From the NCBI GenBank assembly GCA_951406725.2, contig OX597818.1, positions 44,640,001 to 44,704,000 of the forward strand: 64,000 nt of DNA, given 5' to 3'. Positions 13,613-25,848 of this stretch are shown piece after piece (position 1 is the stretch's first letter; each line of letters starts with the position of its first letter). Source of the DNA: Octopus vulgaris. Taxonomy: Eukaryota. The notes under the pieces were generated by a model. It worked only from the letters and a program-made list of their open reading frames with translations. It was not told the origin of the DNA and searched no databases. Position numbers and translations under genes: made by a program.

Positions 13613-14135
13613 AGAGCAGAAACAAACAAGATTTTACAATATTATTTCACTTCTCAAAAGCTAGAAGAGATAAGAAATAATAAATATTTCACTAATTCCT
13701 TGATTAATGAAGACATACTTGTTCTGTGTTTCAATTCAAAGTTTTAATCCGAAGTTTCAATCCAAACACCTCATTTCTATTTTTTTCAACAAACAGACAT
13801 TGTCTTTGGGTTTCAAAAGACCATTATTGTTATAGTTGTGAACCAATTTTAAGATTAGAGATAAGGAAAAAAAAAATATATTAAAAAAAATGTAAGTTAA
13901 AAAAATGGGTCAGATGGGTTTGCCAGGACTACCACTTGCAGGCTTTGGAAAAAAAGAGTACTGCTGATAAAGGGAAATAATCATGCTGGATTTTGTACAA
14001 TGGTCACTTGTCTAGTAATCCTGGTACAAGCATGTGCACACATCCTCACAGAGATTTCTTCAATTGTAATTAGATAGATTGTAGTTAGATGCTTAAATTC
14101 TTCTGTTTGAGTGTGGTACAATGAATTGTTTATAT

Positions 14136-14550
14136 AGGCATAGGAGTGGCTGTGTGGTAAATAGCTTGCTTACAAACCACATGGTTCCGGGTTCAGTCCC
14201 ACTGTGTGGCACCATGGGCAAGTGTCTTCTATTATAGCCTCAGGCCACCAAAGCCTTGTGAGTAGATTTGTTAGACAGAAACTGAAAGAAGCCTGTCATA
14301 TATATGTATATATATATATATATGTAAGTGTATGTGTATGCTTGTGTGTCTGTGTTTGTCCCCACCAACATTGCTTGACAACCGATGCTGGTGTGTTTAC
14401 GTCCCCGTAACCTAGCGGTTCGGCAATAGAGACTGATAAAATAAGTACTAGGCTTACAAAGAATAAGTCCTGGGGTCGATTTGCTCGACTAAAGGTGGCG
14501 CTCCAGCATGGCCACAGTCACATGACTGAAACACGTAAAAGAGCAAAAGA
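14136..14550 (+). mobile_element. SINE family A, full length
   Basis: A and B boxes, body and tail present. Confidence 0.92.
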
Positions 14551-14844
14551 ATACTGAATATTGTTAGAAAATAGTACAGAACACAAGTAAAATTAGTGAG
14601 TTGGAGTTGCTACTAGATTCAACCATTATCAGTCGACAAATTGAATACCTTCACAATTCATAATCAAGGGATGCCCTGAAGGGAATCATAGTAAGAAACA
14701 GAATAACCTCCTGTCTTTATCTTTTCAAGTCAAAAGGCAATTGAATGTATCTACTTTCCTCTTCCCCAGTCCATTCACAGATGTTGCTCGATTACCTCCC
14801 TTGTGGTCTTCCTACATCTCTTTTAACTGTAATTTGCTCATATA

Positions 14845-15650
14845 TAGGTGCAGGTGTGGCTGTGTGCTAAGAAGGTGGCGAGCTGGCAGAAACGTTAGCA
14901 CACTGGGCGAAATGCTTAACAGTATTCCGTCTGTCTTTACGTTCTGAGTTCAAATTCTACTGAGGTCGACTTTGCCTTTCATCCTTTCGGGGTCGATTAA
15001 ATAAGTACCAGTTACATACTAGGGTCGATATAATCGGCTTAATCCATTTGTATGTCCTTGTTTGTCCCTTCTGCATTTAGCCCCTTGTGGGTAGTAAAGA
15101 AATAGGTATTACTTCTGTCTTTATGTTCTGAGTTCAAATTCCACCGAGGTTGACTTTCATCATTTCGGGGTTGATAAATTAAGTACCAGTTATGTACTGG
15201 GGTTGATGCAATCAACTTAATCCCTTTGTCTGTCCTTGTTTGTCCCCTCTATGTTTAGCCCCTTGTGGACAATAAAGAAATAAGAAGCTTGCTTCCCAAC
15301 CACATGGTTCTGGGTTCAGTCCCACTGTGTGACATTTTGGGCAAGTGTCTTCTACTAGAGCCTCAGGCCAACCAAAGCCTTGTGAGTGGATTTGGTAGAT
15401 GGAAACTGAAAGAAGCCTGTCGTATGTGTGTCTGTCTCTTTGTTTGTCCCCCACCACTGCTTGACAACCAGTGTTGGTGTGTTTAATCCCTGTAACTTAG
15501 TGGTTCAGCAAAAGATACTGATACAATAAGCATCAGGTTTAAGAAAGGGATCAGAACTGGGGTTGATACATTTGACTAAAAATTCTTCAAGGCTGGGCTC
15601 CAGCATGGCCACAGTCAAATGACTGAAACAAGTAGAAGAGAAATGACAAA
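14845..15650 (+). mobile_element. SINE family A interrupted in its head by a tandem SINE family B dimer (14875-15280)
   Basis: Head at 14845-14874 resumes at 15282; taagaag is duplicated at 14868 and 15281. Confidence 0.85.
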
Positions 15651-15658
15651 AGATATCA

Positions 15659-16056
15659 TCTTTATATATAAAAGTAAGGTTGTGTGAGTGTCTGTCTCCT
15701 ACGATTTAGATTCCTAACTACTCCCACATTTTGCGGTGCAGTTTAACCAAAACCAGGTATCTTATAGTCGTGATTCATATCGAGCCCTTCTGGGTATTAG
15801 CGTGCATCTACGATGAGTCTACGATTTAAAAAAAAATTTACCATCAATTTTTCCCATTTTTTAATGCATTTTTGGCATATATAAGGGAAGTAACTCTCTA
15901 AAAATTTATTAAATCTCAGAACGTAAAAAGCTACAGTAGCCCCACCCCCCTTTGTGGTTAGCCATATTGAGATGGCTATTATACTTTACATCTCTAAAAA
16001 ATGCTTATATAGTTATTTCCCTTACAAACCCGAACAACGCCAGGCGATACTGCTAG
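15659..16056 (+). mobile_element. Non-autonomous Helitron
   Basis: a|TC start, subterminal GC hairpin cccgaacaacgccagg, CTAG|t end. Confidence 0.85.
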
Positions 16057-16599
16057 TATTCAATAAAAGTGCAATGTCATGATGTCATGACCAAACAACT
16101 TCATTGCCTACCTCTTATGAAATCTCTAAATCTGGGTGTTTTATTCTTTCTTATTAATCACAACATAATTTATAGAAGGTGATCTATTTTTATCACCTCT
16201 CTGTAGAAGTTTGCTTTGAAGTTGCTAATGTAATTTGGATTGCATGCAGCTCATCTTGGAGGTTTATCAAAATGAAAGGAATGAATCCAGGTCATTTCAG
16301 TACGATAAGTTAATTGTTACCACCTATACCTGTTAAGCAGTGAAATAATATTGAAAATCTTTTGTTTGTTTTTTTTCTCTCTCTCTCTCTGTCTGTCTAC
16401 ATGTCTCTTTCTAAATATATATACATGTATGTGTGTGTGTGTGTGGTAAAAAGTTTGTTTCACAATCACGTAGTCTTGGGTTCTGTTCCATTGCAGGGCA
16501 CTTTGGGCAAATATCTTGCATATTCCATGGCCAATCAAAGCCTTGTGAATGGATTTGGTTGACATCTGTATGTATGTATATTGTTTAGTATAGTTATTG

Positions 16600-16937
16600 T
16601 GAAGGTGCATGGCTCAGTGGTTAGAGCGTCGAGCTTATGATCGTGAGGTTGTGAGTTCGAATCCCGGACCGGGCTGTGTATTGTGTTCTTGAGCAAGACA
16701 CTTTATTTCACGTTGCTCCAGTTCACTCAGCTGTAGAAATGAATTGCGACGTCACAGGTGCCAAGCCGTATCAGTCCCTTTGCCATTCCCTTGGATAACA
16801 CTGGTGGCATGGAGAGGGGAGTCCAGTATGCATGGGCAACTGCTGGTCTTCCACAAACAACCTTGCCCGGATTTGTGCCTGGGAGGGTAACTTTCTAAGT
16901 GCAATCCCATGGCCAGTCATGACTGAAGGGGGTCTCA
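16600..16937 (+). mobile_element. tRNA-derived CORE-like SINE (family D) with 13-bp TSD
   Basis: A-box TGGCTCAGTGG, B-box AGTTCGAATCC and CORE-like cttgagcaagacacttta...cagctgtagaaatga. TSD agtatagttattg at 16587 and 16938. Confidence 0.9.
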
Positions 16938-17139
16938 AGTATAGTTATTGCTCTGATCTCGACTTGAAATTTTTGCAACTAACTATTTTGCTTGTTGCAA
17001 ATCAATGACCGATGGTCACTTTGTTGACAATGTATTGTGAGCGGTAGCAGATTCTAACTATTGCTCTGGCATGCAGGTGCTCATGGCTAAGGATGAGCCA
17101 AACAGCTTGAAACTAAGTCAGCCTTGTGATCCTGTTAGC

Positions 17140-17483
17140 TGCTAAAGGGCGGTAGGGGGTTCACTCCCCCTACTGGCAATGTACTGTATATAAAGGGTGC
17201 AGAGTGCCACACCGATAACCAGGTATGTGCACTGAGTGAAAATAGTGTGACAGACGATTAAATACAGGGAATGAATTGGATGCAGAGGATGTCAGTTTAG
17301 TGTAGAGGAAAGTGATGGAAAAACATACATCAACATGAAATAACTTTGTAAACATAAGCTTTTCTCAAAAACTATAAGAGTAAAAGGTGTTTTATATGAT
17401 ACATTCTACCAGTATATGAAGTGTGAAAGTGTTTAGTTACAAAAAATTATTTTTTAAATCTGTAGGTCAAAAGGTAAAGATCC
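17140..17483. mobile_element. Partial MITE related to the 18729-19138 element
   Basis: Shares the acattctaccag...aaagtgtttagttac block and the AAGATCC end. Left end not found. Confidence 0.55.
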
Positions 17484-17488
17484 ACATA

Positions 17489-18492
17489 CCGTAAAAACCC
17501 ATGTAATTTGTGTACCTGTGTAATTTACACAGGTGATTTTCAGGATAAAATTTGTTTAAAAAATAAAAGCTTCTACTTATGTGAAAATCGCACCAAAAAG
17601 TTTCGAGAATTGCTGATATAGCCAGGAGAAAATGGTTTTCAATTTAGTTATATTTAGCATAATTTCACTTACTTCTGATTAGGTTTTATTAAGTTTTCAT
17701 TAAATAAAAATAATTTCTGTTTTGTGTTGGTTATGATAAATTTTATCTTATATTTCTTGCCCACAAGAGATTATGACCAATCTTTAGCATACTGCTGTGT
17801 GTCTTCTCAAATCACGCTCACAGGAAAAGTTGTTCATGAGAATTACCAACAAAAGCAAAGCTGATAAATATGCACAGGTGTTGCAAATTAAGTTTAATTA
17901 CCAATAAACATCAGCTTGGATGACACTTTACTCAACCGACAGAGGAAAGTCGCCGATCAAGCTGATTACGTAAACAGAATTCTTTTCTGCCTATTCTTGT
18001 CGGAAGCTTTGATACAGAGTATCAATTTTAATCTCTTACACACTTATAAAATATCAAGCAAACTTTAAAATTTGTCATTACCACTATTGTCAGTATGGGC
18101 AGAACTTCTGAATCATTTACTGTGGAGAAATTAAATATGTGCTCCATTGCCATAGGTAGAAACTCCAAGCAATGTAAAATATGGCCGGGACCATGTTTAC
18201 CAGCATGAACATCAGACTTCAAAAACTAGTCATTTAATGGTTTTAGTACAGCATAAATAAAAGTCAACTTCATTATGCATATTTAAGCCATTATTTTTTT
18301 CTGTCAAAACCTATTCTGACATGAAATGAGTCGACTTCCGGTACAAATATTTGTTTTGTACATCTTTCTTCAACAAAAAAAAATTTCAAAACAAATTCTG
18401 GAAACGATCTACTCATGTAATTTACGCACCTTCTAAAATTTTTTTTTTTACTTTTGTGAAAAAAAGTGCATAAATTACATGGGTTTTTACGG
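17489..18492. mobile_element. pogo/Tc1-mariner superfamily non-autonomous DNA transposon
   Basis: TIRs ccgtaaaaacccatgtaattt / aaattacatgggtttttacgg flanked by TA. Confidence 0.85.
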
Positions 18493-18728
18493 TATATATA
18501 TGGTGGTTCTAATAAGTTAGTGATTGCCTGGGTCAATTCTGGTTGAAATTTTTCTAAGTACTCTAAGCATGCATGCATACATTCATACGTATGTACGTAC
18601 ATATGTATGTTAATGATCAGTGACAGATGTAGAGCTAAGCAACATCTTAACTATCTTGAACTTATCAAAGACACAATTCTGAGTCATGATAAAGTCTCAC
18701 TGTAGAATTAAGCACAGAAATATAATCC

Positions 18729-19138
18729 GGATATTTTCGGTTTGAACGGCAGTTTTTTCTAGCAGTGTCACATGAAATTGTCACCCATAATTATGACCCT
18801 AGTATTGATCTATTGCATTTCAATCTGTTTTAGGGTTAGGGTGGGGGGAAGGGTATCTTTTTTTCTTCAGAAATGTAAATAAACCCTATCTGTTGCTTAA
18901 ATGAGGGACATATTTATATGGCACAGAATGTTTTTTACCTCAATAGACGTCAGTGATTGGTTGAAATTGCAGAAATTGAAGAAAAAAACCACAAATATCT
19001 TACAAACTATAGAATTTTCTCAATAAAGCCAAGAGAAAAAGATGTTTTATAAACACATTCTACCAGAATACGAAGTTTAAAAGTGTTTAGTTACGTTGAA
19101 ATTATGTTAAAAAACTGCAGTTCAAACCGAAAAGATCC
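18729..19138. mobile_element. MITE with GG-starting TIRs and 8-bp TSD (Merlin-like)
   Basis: TIRs ggatattttcggtttgaacggcagttttt / aaaaactgcagttcaaaccgaaaagatcc; tataatcc on both sides. Confidence 0.85.
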
Positions 19139-19424
19139 TATAATCCTTATAACAATGTGAAGCTAATTATTTCATGAAGAAAACAAAACATGTAAAGCGA
19201 TTTTGGCTTCAAAGAATAAAGACAACAATATCAGCTATTGTCTGATACAACTTTTATTCTCTGCCAGTCATCAATTTGAGGCCAAAGCTCAAATTCCCTG
19301 TGACAAAACTTGTCAAAGAGCTGTCATTTAACTGATTACATAAGAAATAGAATCGGCTTCAGTACTCTGTAAATAAAATCCAGTGACCAATAATTTAAAG
19401 TTCTCTCACTGATGTAATGATATA

Positions 19425-19646
19425 CAGTAATTCCTCATCTATCACAGGCGTTACGTTCAGAAACTCCCTGTGATAGGTAAGAATCCACGAAGTAGAAACA
19501 GTACTGTACTGTATATATTATTAAAAATTATTTTTATAATTTGTACATATTTATTTTATTATAGATGCAAAACAACAGAGAAGAATCGACATAAGCTTAG
19601 ATAATAAACCGTGATAGGTGAACCGTGAGATGGTAAGGAATTAGTG
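19425..19646. mobile_element. Tigger/pogo-like MITE
   Basis: ta|cagtaattcctc ... aaggaattagtg|ta imperfect TIRs. Confidence 0.7.
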
Positions 19647-19687
19647 TATATGTGCATATAGTTGTGTGTGTGTACATGTGTACATAT

Positions 19688-19915
19688 TCTTTTATTTGTT
19701 TCAGTCACTTGACTGCGGCCATGCTGGAGCACTGCCTTTAGTCAAGCAAATAGACCCCAGGACTTATTCTTTGTAAGCCTAGTACTTATTCTATCGGTCG
19801 CTCTTGCCAAACTGCTAGGTGACGGGGACGTAGACACACCAGCATTGTTTGTCAAGCGATGTTGGGGAGACAAACACAGACACACAAACATATACATACA
19901 TACATATATACATAC

Positions 19916-19969
<54 letters not shown>

Positions 19970-20197
19970 TACACTCTCGGAGTGGTTGGCATTAGGAAGG
20001 GCATCCAGCTGTAGAAACTCTGCCAGATCAGATTGGAGTTGGATGCAGCCATCTGGTTCGCCAGACCTCAGTTAAATCATCCAACCCATGCGAACATGGA
20101 AAGCGGATGTTAAATGATGATGATGATATATATATGACAGGCTTATTTCTGTTTCCGTCTACCAAATCCACTTACAAGGCTTTGGTCGGCCTGAGGC
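19688..20197 (-). mobile_element. SINE family A with a family C 3' end (19968-20127, +) inserted in its internal (TA)n
   Basis: The SINE body resumes after the (GAT)n tail. Confidence 0.85.
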
Positions 20198-20199
20198 TA

Positions 20200-20470
20200 A
20201 ATGAGGTGAATGATGTGAACACAGCCATATCAAAAGCATAAGTTCAGCTGGGCTAGACATGTCACTAAGTACACAGACAACACATGGACCCATGCAGTTA
20301 CTGAGTGGCATCTAAAAGATCAGAAAAAAGCCACTCAGAAATGCTCCTTGATGATAGGAAAATGATTTATTAAACAATTCGGGCCAAGATAGCAGAAAAA
20401 AGGGGCACTGAAAGTACATAATGACCCGCAGAGTATAGCATCTGCTAGACAGCCTTAATACAGGTGATAT
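20200..20470 (+). pseudogene. RTE-clade LINE ORF C-terminal remnant
   Basis: KFSWARHVTKYTDNTWTHAVTEW resembles RTE KWRWAGHVAR..DNRWT..VTEW. Confidence 0.7.
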
Positions 20471-21450
20471 ATATGATAAATTTTTTACTCACCTTTCAAC
20501 GACTACGAATGGATAATATATTAATTTTTTCACTTAATATATTTATATGTAAAACATGCTACTGTGCAACCAGCCAACTTACCTCCACACCCACATCAGT
20601 TACTCCCTTGACAACAAACTAGAGATAGCCTGATTCTCAGACACAAAATTTAAGAAATAAATGCTTCAAATAAACACTAACACCCAGCATGTCAATAATA
20701 ACTATGGATAATGGTTAGTAGATAAATGAGAAAATGAAATACAATTAATGTTGAATTAGCTGTGTGAGTGAATCACTTTTCTGCCATCAGATGGTTGCAC
20801 ATACTCTCTTCTTTACAGATGCAGAATACACACATACATACATATAGACAAACATACTAACATACACACATACATACACACACATACATAAATACACATA
20901 CATACACACACATACATACAAACACATACATACACACACATACATACATGCATGCATACATACACACACATACATACATTCATTTACTTTTCAACTATTT
21001 GATTTCAGGTTCAATAGTGGATTTGGTAGACAGAAATTAACAAAAGCTTGTGTGTGTGTGTGCACGTGGTGAGTGTGTATATATGTGTGTGCATGTGTGT
21101 ATTTGTGTGCACCTTTACCTCAACATCACATTGTCACCATCATCATCGTTTAACGTCCGCTTTCCATGCTAGCATGGGTTGGACGATTTGACTAAGGACT
21201 GGCGAAACAGATATATATATATGTGTGTGTGTGTGTATATATGTATGTATAGATATATGTATGTATTTAATTTTGGATATACAGACAGAGGAAAAGTACT
21301 AAGAATATGCATTAGAGTATATTTATTCATTTGAAGTTTATGATTCATTGCATCGCAAGTCCAAATTTCCTGAACAAACAAACAGATGTAGGGAATCTTA
21401 AAATAACCACAGGGTAAGTCATTAGCTGTGAAAGATCATTTTATATATGT

Positions 21451-21815
21451 TCTTTTACTTGTTTCAGTCATTAGATTGCAGCCATGCTGAGGTGTCACCT
21501 TGAAGGATTTTAGCCAAACAAATTGACCTTAGTACTTATTTTTAACTCTGGTACTTATTCTGTTATCTCTTTTGCCAAACTGTTAAGTTACAGGGATGTA
21601 AACAAACCAACAGTGATTGCCAAGCTGTGGTGAAGGGTACAAACACATGCACACAAGTTTCCACACAGTTTTCACCTACTAAATTTACTCACAAGGCATT
21701 GACTGATCTAGGGTTATAGTAGCAGATACTACCCAAGGTGACAAGCAGTGAAACTGAACTCAAAACCAAGTAGTTGTAAAGCAAACTTCTCAACCACACA
21801 GCCATGCCTGTGCCT
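21451..21815 (-). mobile_element. SINE family A, old diverged copy
   Basis: Colinear with the consensus. Confidence 0.8.
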
Positions 21816-22649
21816 ATGTGATGAATCTACTACCAATCTTAATATGTGTGTTTTATATATATAAAATATTTTTATTTCTGTTATTTTTATTTCTGTTTTA
21901 TATATAAAATATTTTTAGTTCTGTTATTTCTGTTATCGTCCCAGTGTAAGGGACATTAAAGGACAATGATGAATCAACCATTAGAATCTGCTGAATTACA
22001 TTACAGGTTAATCATTTAAGAGCAAATAGGATACAATACACTCACACTTATACAGTATTCAAAGACTTCCTTGTGTAATGCAATTAATATCAGTTTAAAC
22101 TGAAGTAAAGTACGTTCTATATGCTGAATATGTGTTGCACCTCAATGTTTATATGTTTACATTTATTCTGAGACAAATCTGACAGACAAAACTCAAACAC
22201 AATTTACATATCCCTAAACAAACTCCATCAATTTTTCAATCACAAGAAGATAAATTGAGTACATTAATTAAATTTTCAAACACAGAATAATAATACAGTA
22301 ATAGATTACTTTATTCTTTGTTGTTTGCATGTTAATTTGATTTGATAAATTAATAACATATCTCAGCTCATCAGATTTTAAATTAGCAACAAAAATCAAT
22401 AGAAAATTCTTGTCATTTCACCGATCCCTTGTAGCAGTTTTGCTAAAGCAATGTTTTTAGAATCTTGAAGCTATCTTAAGAAATCCAATATAATTAATCT
22501 CTAGCTATATTAAAGAAATACATATTACCTGTTTGTTTCTAGTGGTACCACTTCCATTTTATGCACATGTTTTACATACATACATGCATTCACACACACA
22601 AACGAAGAGACATGCATACATACGTACATACATACATACATACATACAT

Positions 22650-22790
22650 ATTTATTTTCTCTGTTTATTTTCTCTTCTTGGTTCTTTCTGTAGAAGAGCG
22701 TAGGCTCAAAACGTTAAAGATTTTTTCACTTCCCGAGCGTTATACTAATATATCTGTTTGTTGGCTACACCACCTGTCTTCATCTTTTGT
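22650..22790 (+). mobile_element. Penelope-like terminal repeat with minimal hammerhead motif (22681-22720)
   Basis: tcttt-CTGTAGA-a-GAGC-gtag-GCTC-AAAAC-GTT-aaaga. Second copy at 62845-63000 (-). Confidence 0.7.
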
Positions 22791-23269
22791 GAATGAATGA
22801 ATGAACGAATCTATCCATCCATCCATCCATACATCCATACATACATACACATAAGGCTATATAAGCATTTTATTATATTTTGGGGATAAATTCAAAGAAG
22901 TGTGTGTTTAGACATGACTGTAGCAATAATGAAATGATGAATTAAACTGCTTAATAATACATTGTAATATGTGTATTAGCACTACATAAGCTATGGTAAG
23001 ACAGAGAGTCAGTGTGAGCTATTGCAAGTTAGATCCCTCAGTTGGTTACTTAAAAAGGATGAAGAGCTTCAAGGATGCAAAATATACCAACTATTCAGAT
23101 TTCAGTGCAAAGTAGAGAAATGCTTAGTAACACTAACCATAAAGAATGCACAGTATATAACAGTATCAACAATCCGGAAGATTCTGCTCTCAGAAAAATA
23201 GCTGAAAACATGAACTGTGACTAAAAAGAAAATGATTACAATAACACTTCTGTTATCATACAAACATCT

Positions 23270-23690
23270 GAGGCAGTGAACTGGCAGAGCCATTAGCATG
23301 TCAGACAAAATGCTGAGTAGCATTTCCTTCAGATTCACATTGTTTAAATTCCACCAAGGGTGACTTTGCTATTTATCCTTACAGAGTTGATAAAATAAGT
23401 ACCAGTTGAGTACTGGGGGTTGATGTCATTAACTAGCCTTCCCCCAAGATATCAAGCCTTGTGCCTATAGAAGAAAGCAAGATAGCTAGCTAGCAAAATC
23501 ATCAGCATGCTGGACAAGAAGCTTAGTGGTTTGTCTGCTGTTAAGTTCTGAGTTTAAATTCCACTGGCTGACTTTGCCATTCATCCTTTTTGGGTCTATA
23601 CAATAAAGTACCGGCCAAGAATTGGGGTTGATGTAATCAACTAGACCCCCCTCCCCAAAATTTCAAGTCTTGTGCCTGTATTTGAAAGAA
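23270..23690 (+). mobile_element. SINE family B, two diverged tandem units
   Basis: ggcaga..ttagca..atgcttag..aaattcc..gactttgcc..ttcatcc..taagtacc occurs twice. Confidence 0.8.
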
Positions 23691-24399
23691 TTATTTTACA
23701 GACATGTAAGTGACCATTTGCAAACAAATAAAATTGAAAGAAAAAGCAGTTCGAAGCAAGATTGCAAAAGAACTTTGCTATTTACATCAACAGGCCATTA
23801 AGTGAACAAATGTTTGTGAAACAAGTCAATGGGAAAACCTAGTGACTTGATGGTGTCTATGATTGATCATGTTACTAAAGAACACTAGCATGAATTGAAG
23901 CTCTCTGTTTTTGGACCCTGAATGTCTAACTGCATTGTGTTGCATTTGCCATTCACCAATGAATAGAAAAATCAGAGATTTGGTAACATATTATCAAAAC
24001 AGATTACCATTCCCCGAAAAGAAAATAGAAAACATCAAAAGACTATGGAAAAACATCGAACAAGTAGTTACTATTATTAGATGCAAAGTGAATATAAAGT
24101 TTCTCAACAGATTTTGAATTAGTAACAAAAATCAATAGAAAATTCTTTTTATTTCAGAGATCTCTTGTGGCAGTTCCAGTAAACTATTGTTTTTAGAATC
24201 AGTAGACTATCCAAAACCTACAGGAACTGTTGACAAGAGACACTCACTGGTAAACTAACTAATTTCCTTTAGACATAAACTATGAATGGTAAATCAAAAA
24301 CTTTGTTATTTCATAGGAAATTACAAGAATGTATGACTATCAACTGTAAGTTTGCATGAAAAACACAAAATGTATATCACAGCTTGAAAGACAATATTA

Positions 24400-24780
24400 T
24401 CAATGTTGCAAATGCTTCTTCCTGATATGTTGTGGATTCATTCTGGGTTGGGAATCTGAAATAAGCACCATGACCATGATGTGGTAATGGTTAACTGAGC
24501 TATAAAATGCTGTGTAAATGTTTCTCCTAAAACGTATGACATCACCAGCACCAGTGAAACACTCCTGTAGCAAATTCTGTTTGTCTTACATAAGAGCACA
24601 CAATGGAGCACTTCCTACTGATTATCAGAATCAGGACTTGCAAATCTAAAGGAGATCTGAAAAAGCATTCCAAAGGTCCATCAAGATCAGACACTAAAGG
24701 CAATTCAAGCTGCACCAAAACTAGTATGTAATTTATGTGGATGTCTTTTTAAAAGTATCTCTGGCTCTGTAGTGCAAATG
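24400..24780 (+). pseudogene. Possible old RTE C-terminal zinc-finger remnant
   Basis: TCKSKGDLKKH and VCNLCGCLFKS-like peptides, heavily decayed. Confidence 0.35.
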
Positions 24781-25785
24781 TTTTGTTTCCATAAGTTTTG
24801 AATTAAAATCTTCCACTAAACCTTAGTCACAATTTATGTTCCTAACACTAGCTTAACGATAACTAAGTTATTTCACAAAATTCTCTGTTATATTTAAAAT
24901 TAATTGAAAGAAACACAGAGCATCTCAAAATACATACGGTAAAGAAAAGGGTTAGAATAGCATGTTAACTGGTTTACATAATATAAAAAAATCATTCTTA
25001 GATTTTTAATTATTAAATTTGTGGTAACATAACAAAGCAGACATATTTGTGAGTTAGCAATCATCAACTTGTAACTAAAAGTTTGTACAATTACAAATAA
25101 AGTGACCCTAATTTCATCCTCATTGACATTATTATCCATATTTTCACAGTTTTCTTGGATGGCTTGTTCTAAAATTATGCATTATGTGAATAGTCGCATG
25201 CATATAAGCAATCAGACGTTTTTGGATATGCTATATGTCGTGACCTCTACAGCACTTGCTCATGTGGAAAATAAGACGATAAAAGATGTATGTTGTTGGC
25301 AATGATAATAACAAAATTTGTATGAAAAATTTGTATGGGTGTAAAACAGGCTATATACTTGAAAATGCTTTATTTGACCAGTGAATCATAAGCATTTATT
25401 AAAACATTAAGGGATATAGATCAAAGTTCCACTCCTCACATGGCTTTTCACTTACTTCCCTTATTTGTTAGTATTCTTTAATCTTTTTCACAGCTATATA
25501 GTTTTTACATCAATATCTGTATAGTACTTCTACTACAGACTGTTAGTATGTTAGTTATTAATAAGGTTTCTTTTCCTATCATATCCAAACAATTGATCAT
25601 TTGGGGATATATTTCTTATCAGCGTAACTTTGAAGTGTTCATAATATAAATTTTTAAATATTTTATTTTTAATATTCTGGGTTATTTTTTTTTATAAAAC
25701 ATAATAGTAACATAAAAAGATAATAGATGCTACATCATGTCATACATTATAAGTTAAATTTTCTGAAAATTAATTTTAACTTCAG

Positions 25786-25848
25786 AAGCAATACATTATG
25801 CAGGTCATCGTATATCCTGTCAGAACATGATCAGTTTCAGGAAACAGA
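25786..25848 (+). CDS. Candidate 63-nt internal exon (SNTLCRSSYILSEHDQFQET)
   Basis: ttttaacttcag acceptor and gtaagt donor. Length is a multiple of 3, the frame is open, and the flanks are very AT-rich. Confidence 0.3.

Noticed and set aside
16603-16680. tRNA gene (also at 30314-30390)
   Set aside because: The tRNA-like heads continue into SINE bodies, with a TSD or a second copy; no proper acceptor stem or terminator
18830-18841. Telomeric TTAGGG x2
   Set aside because: Only two units, internal to a MITE
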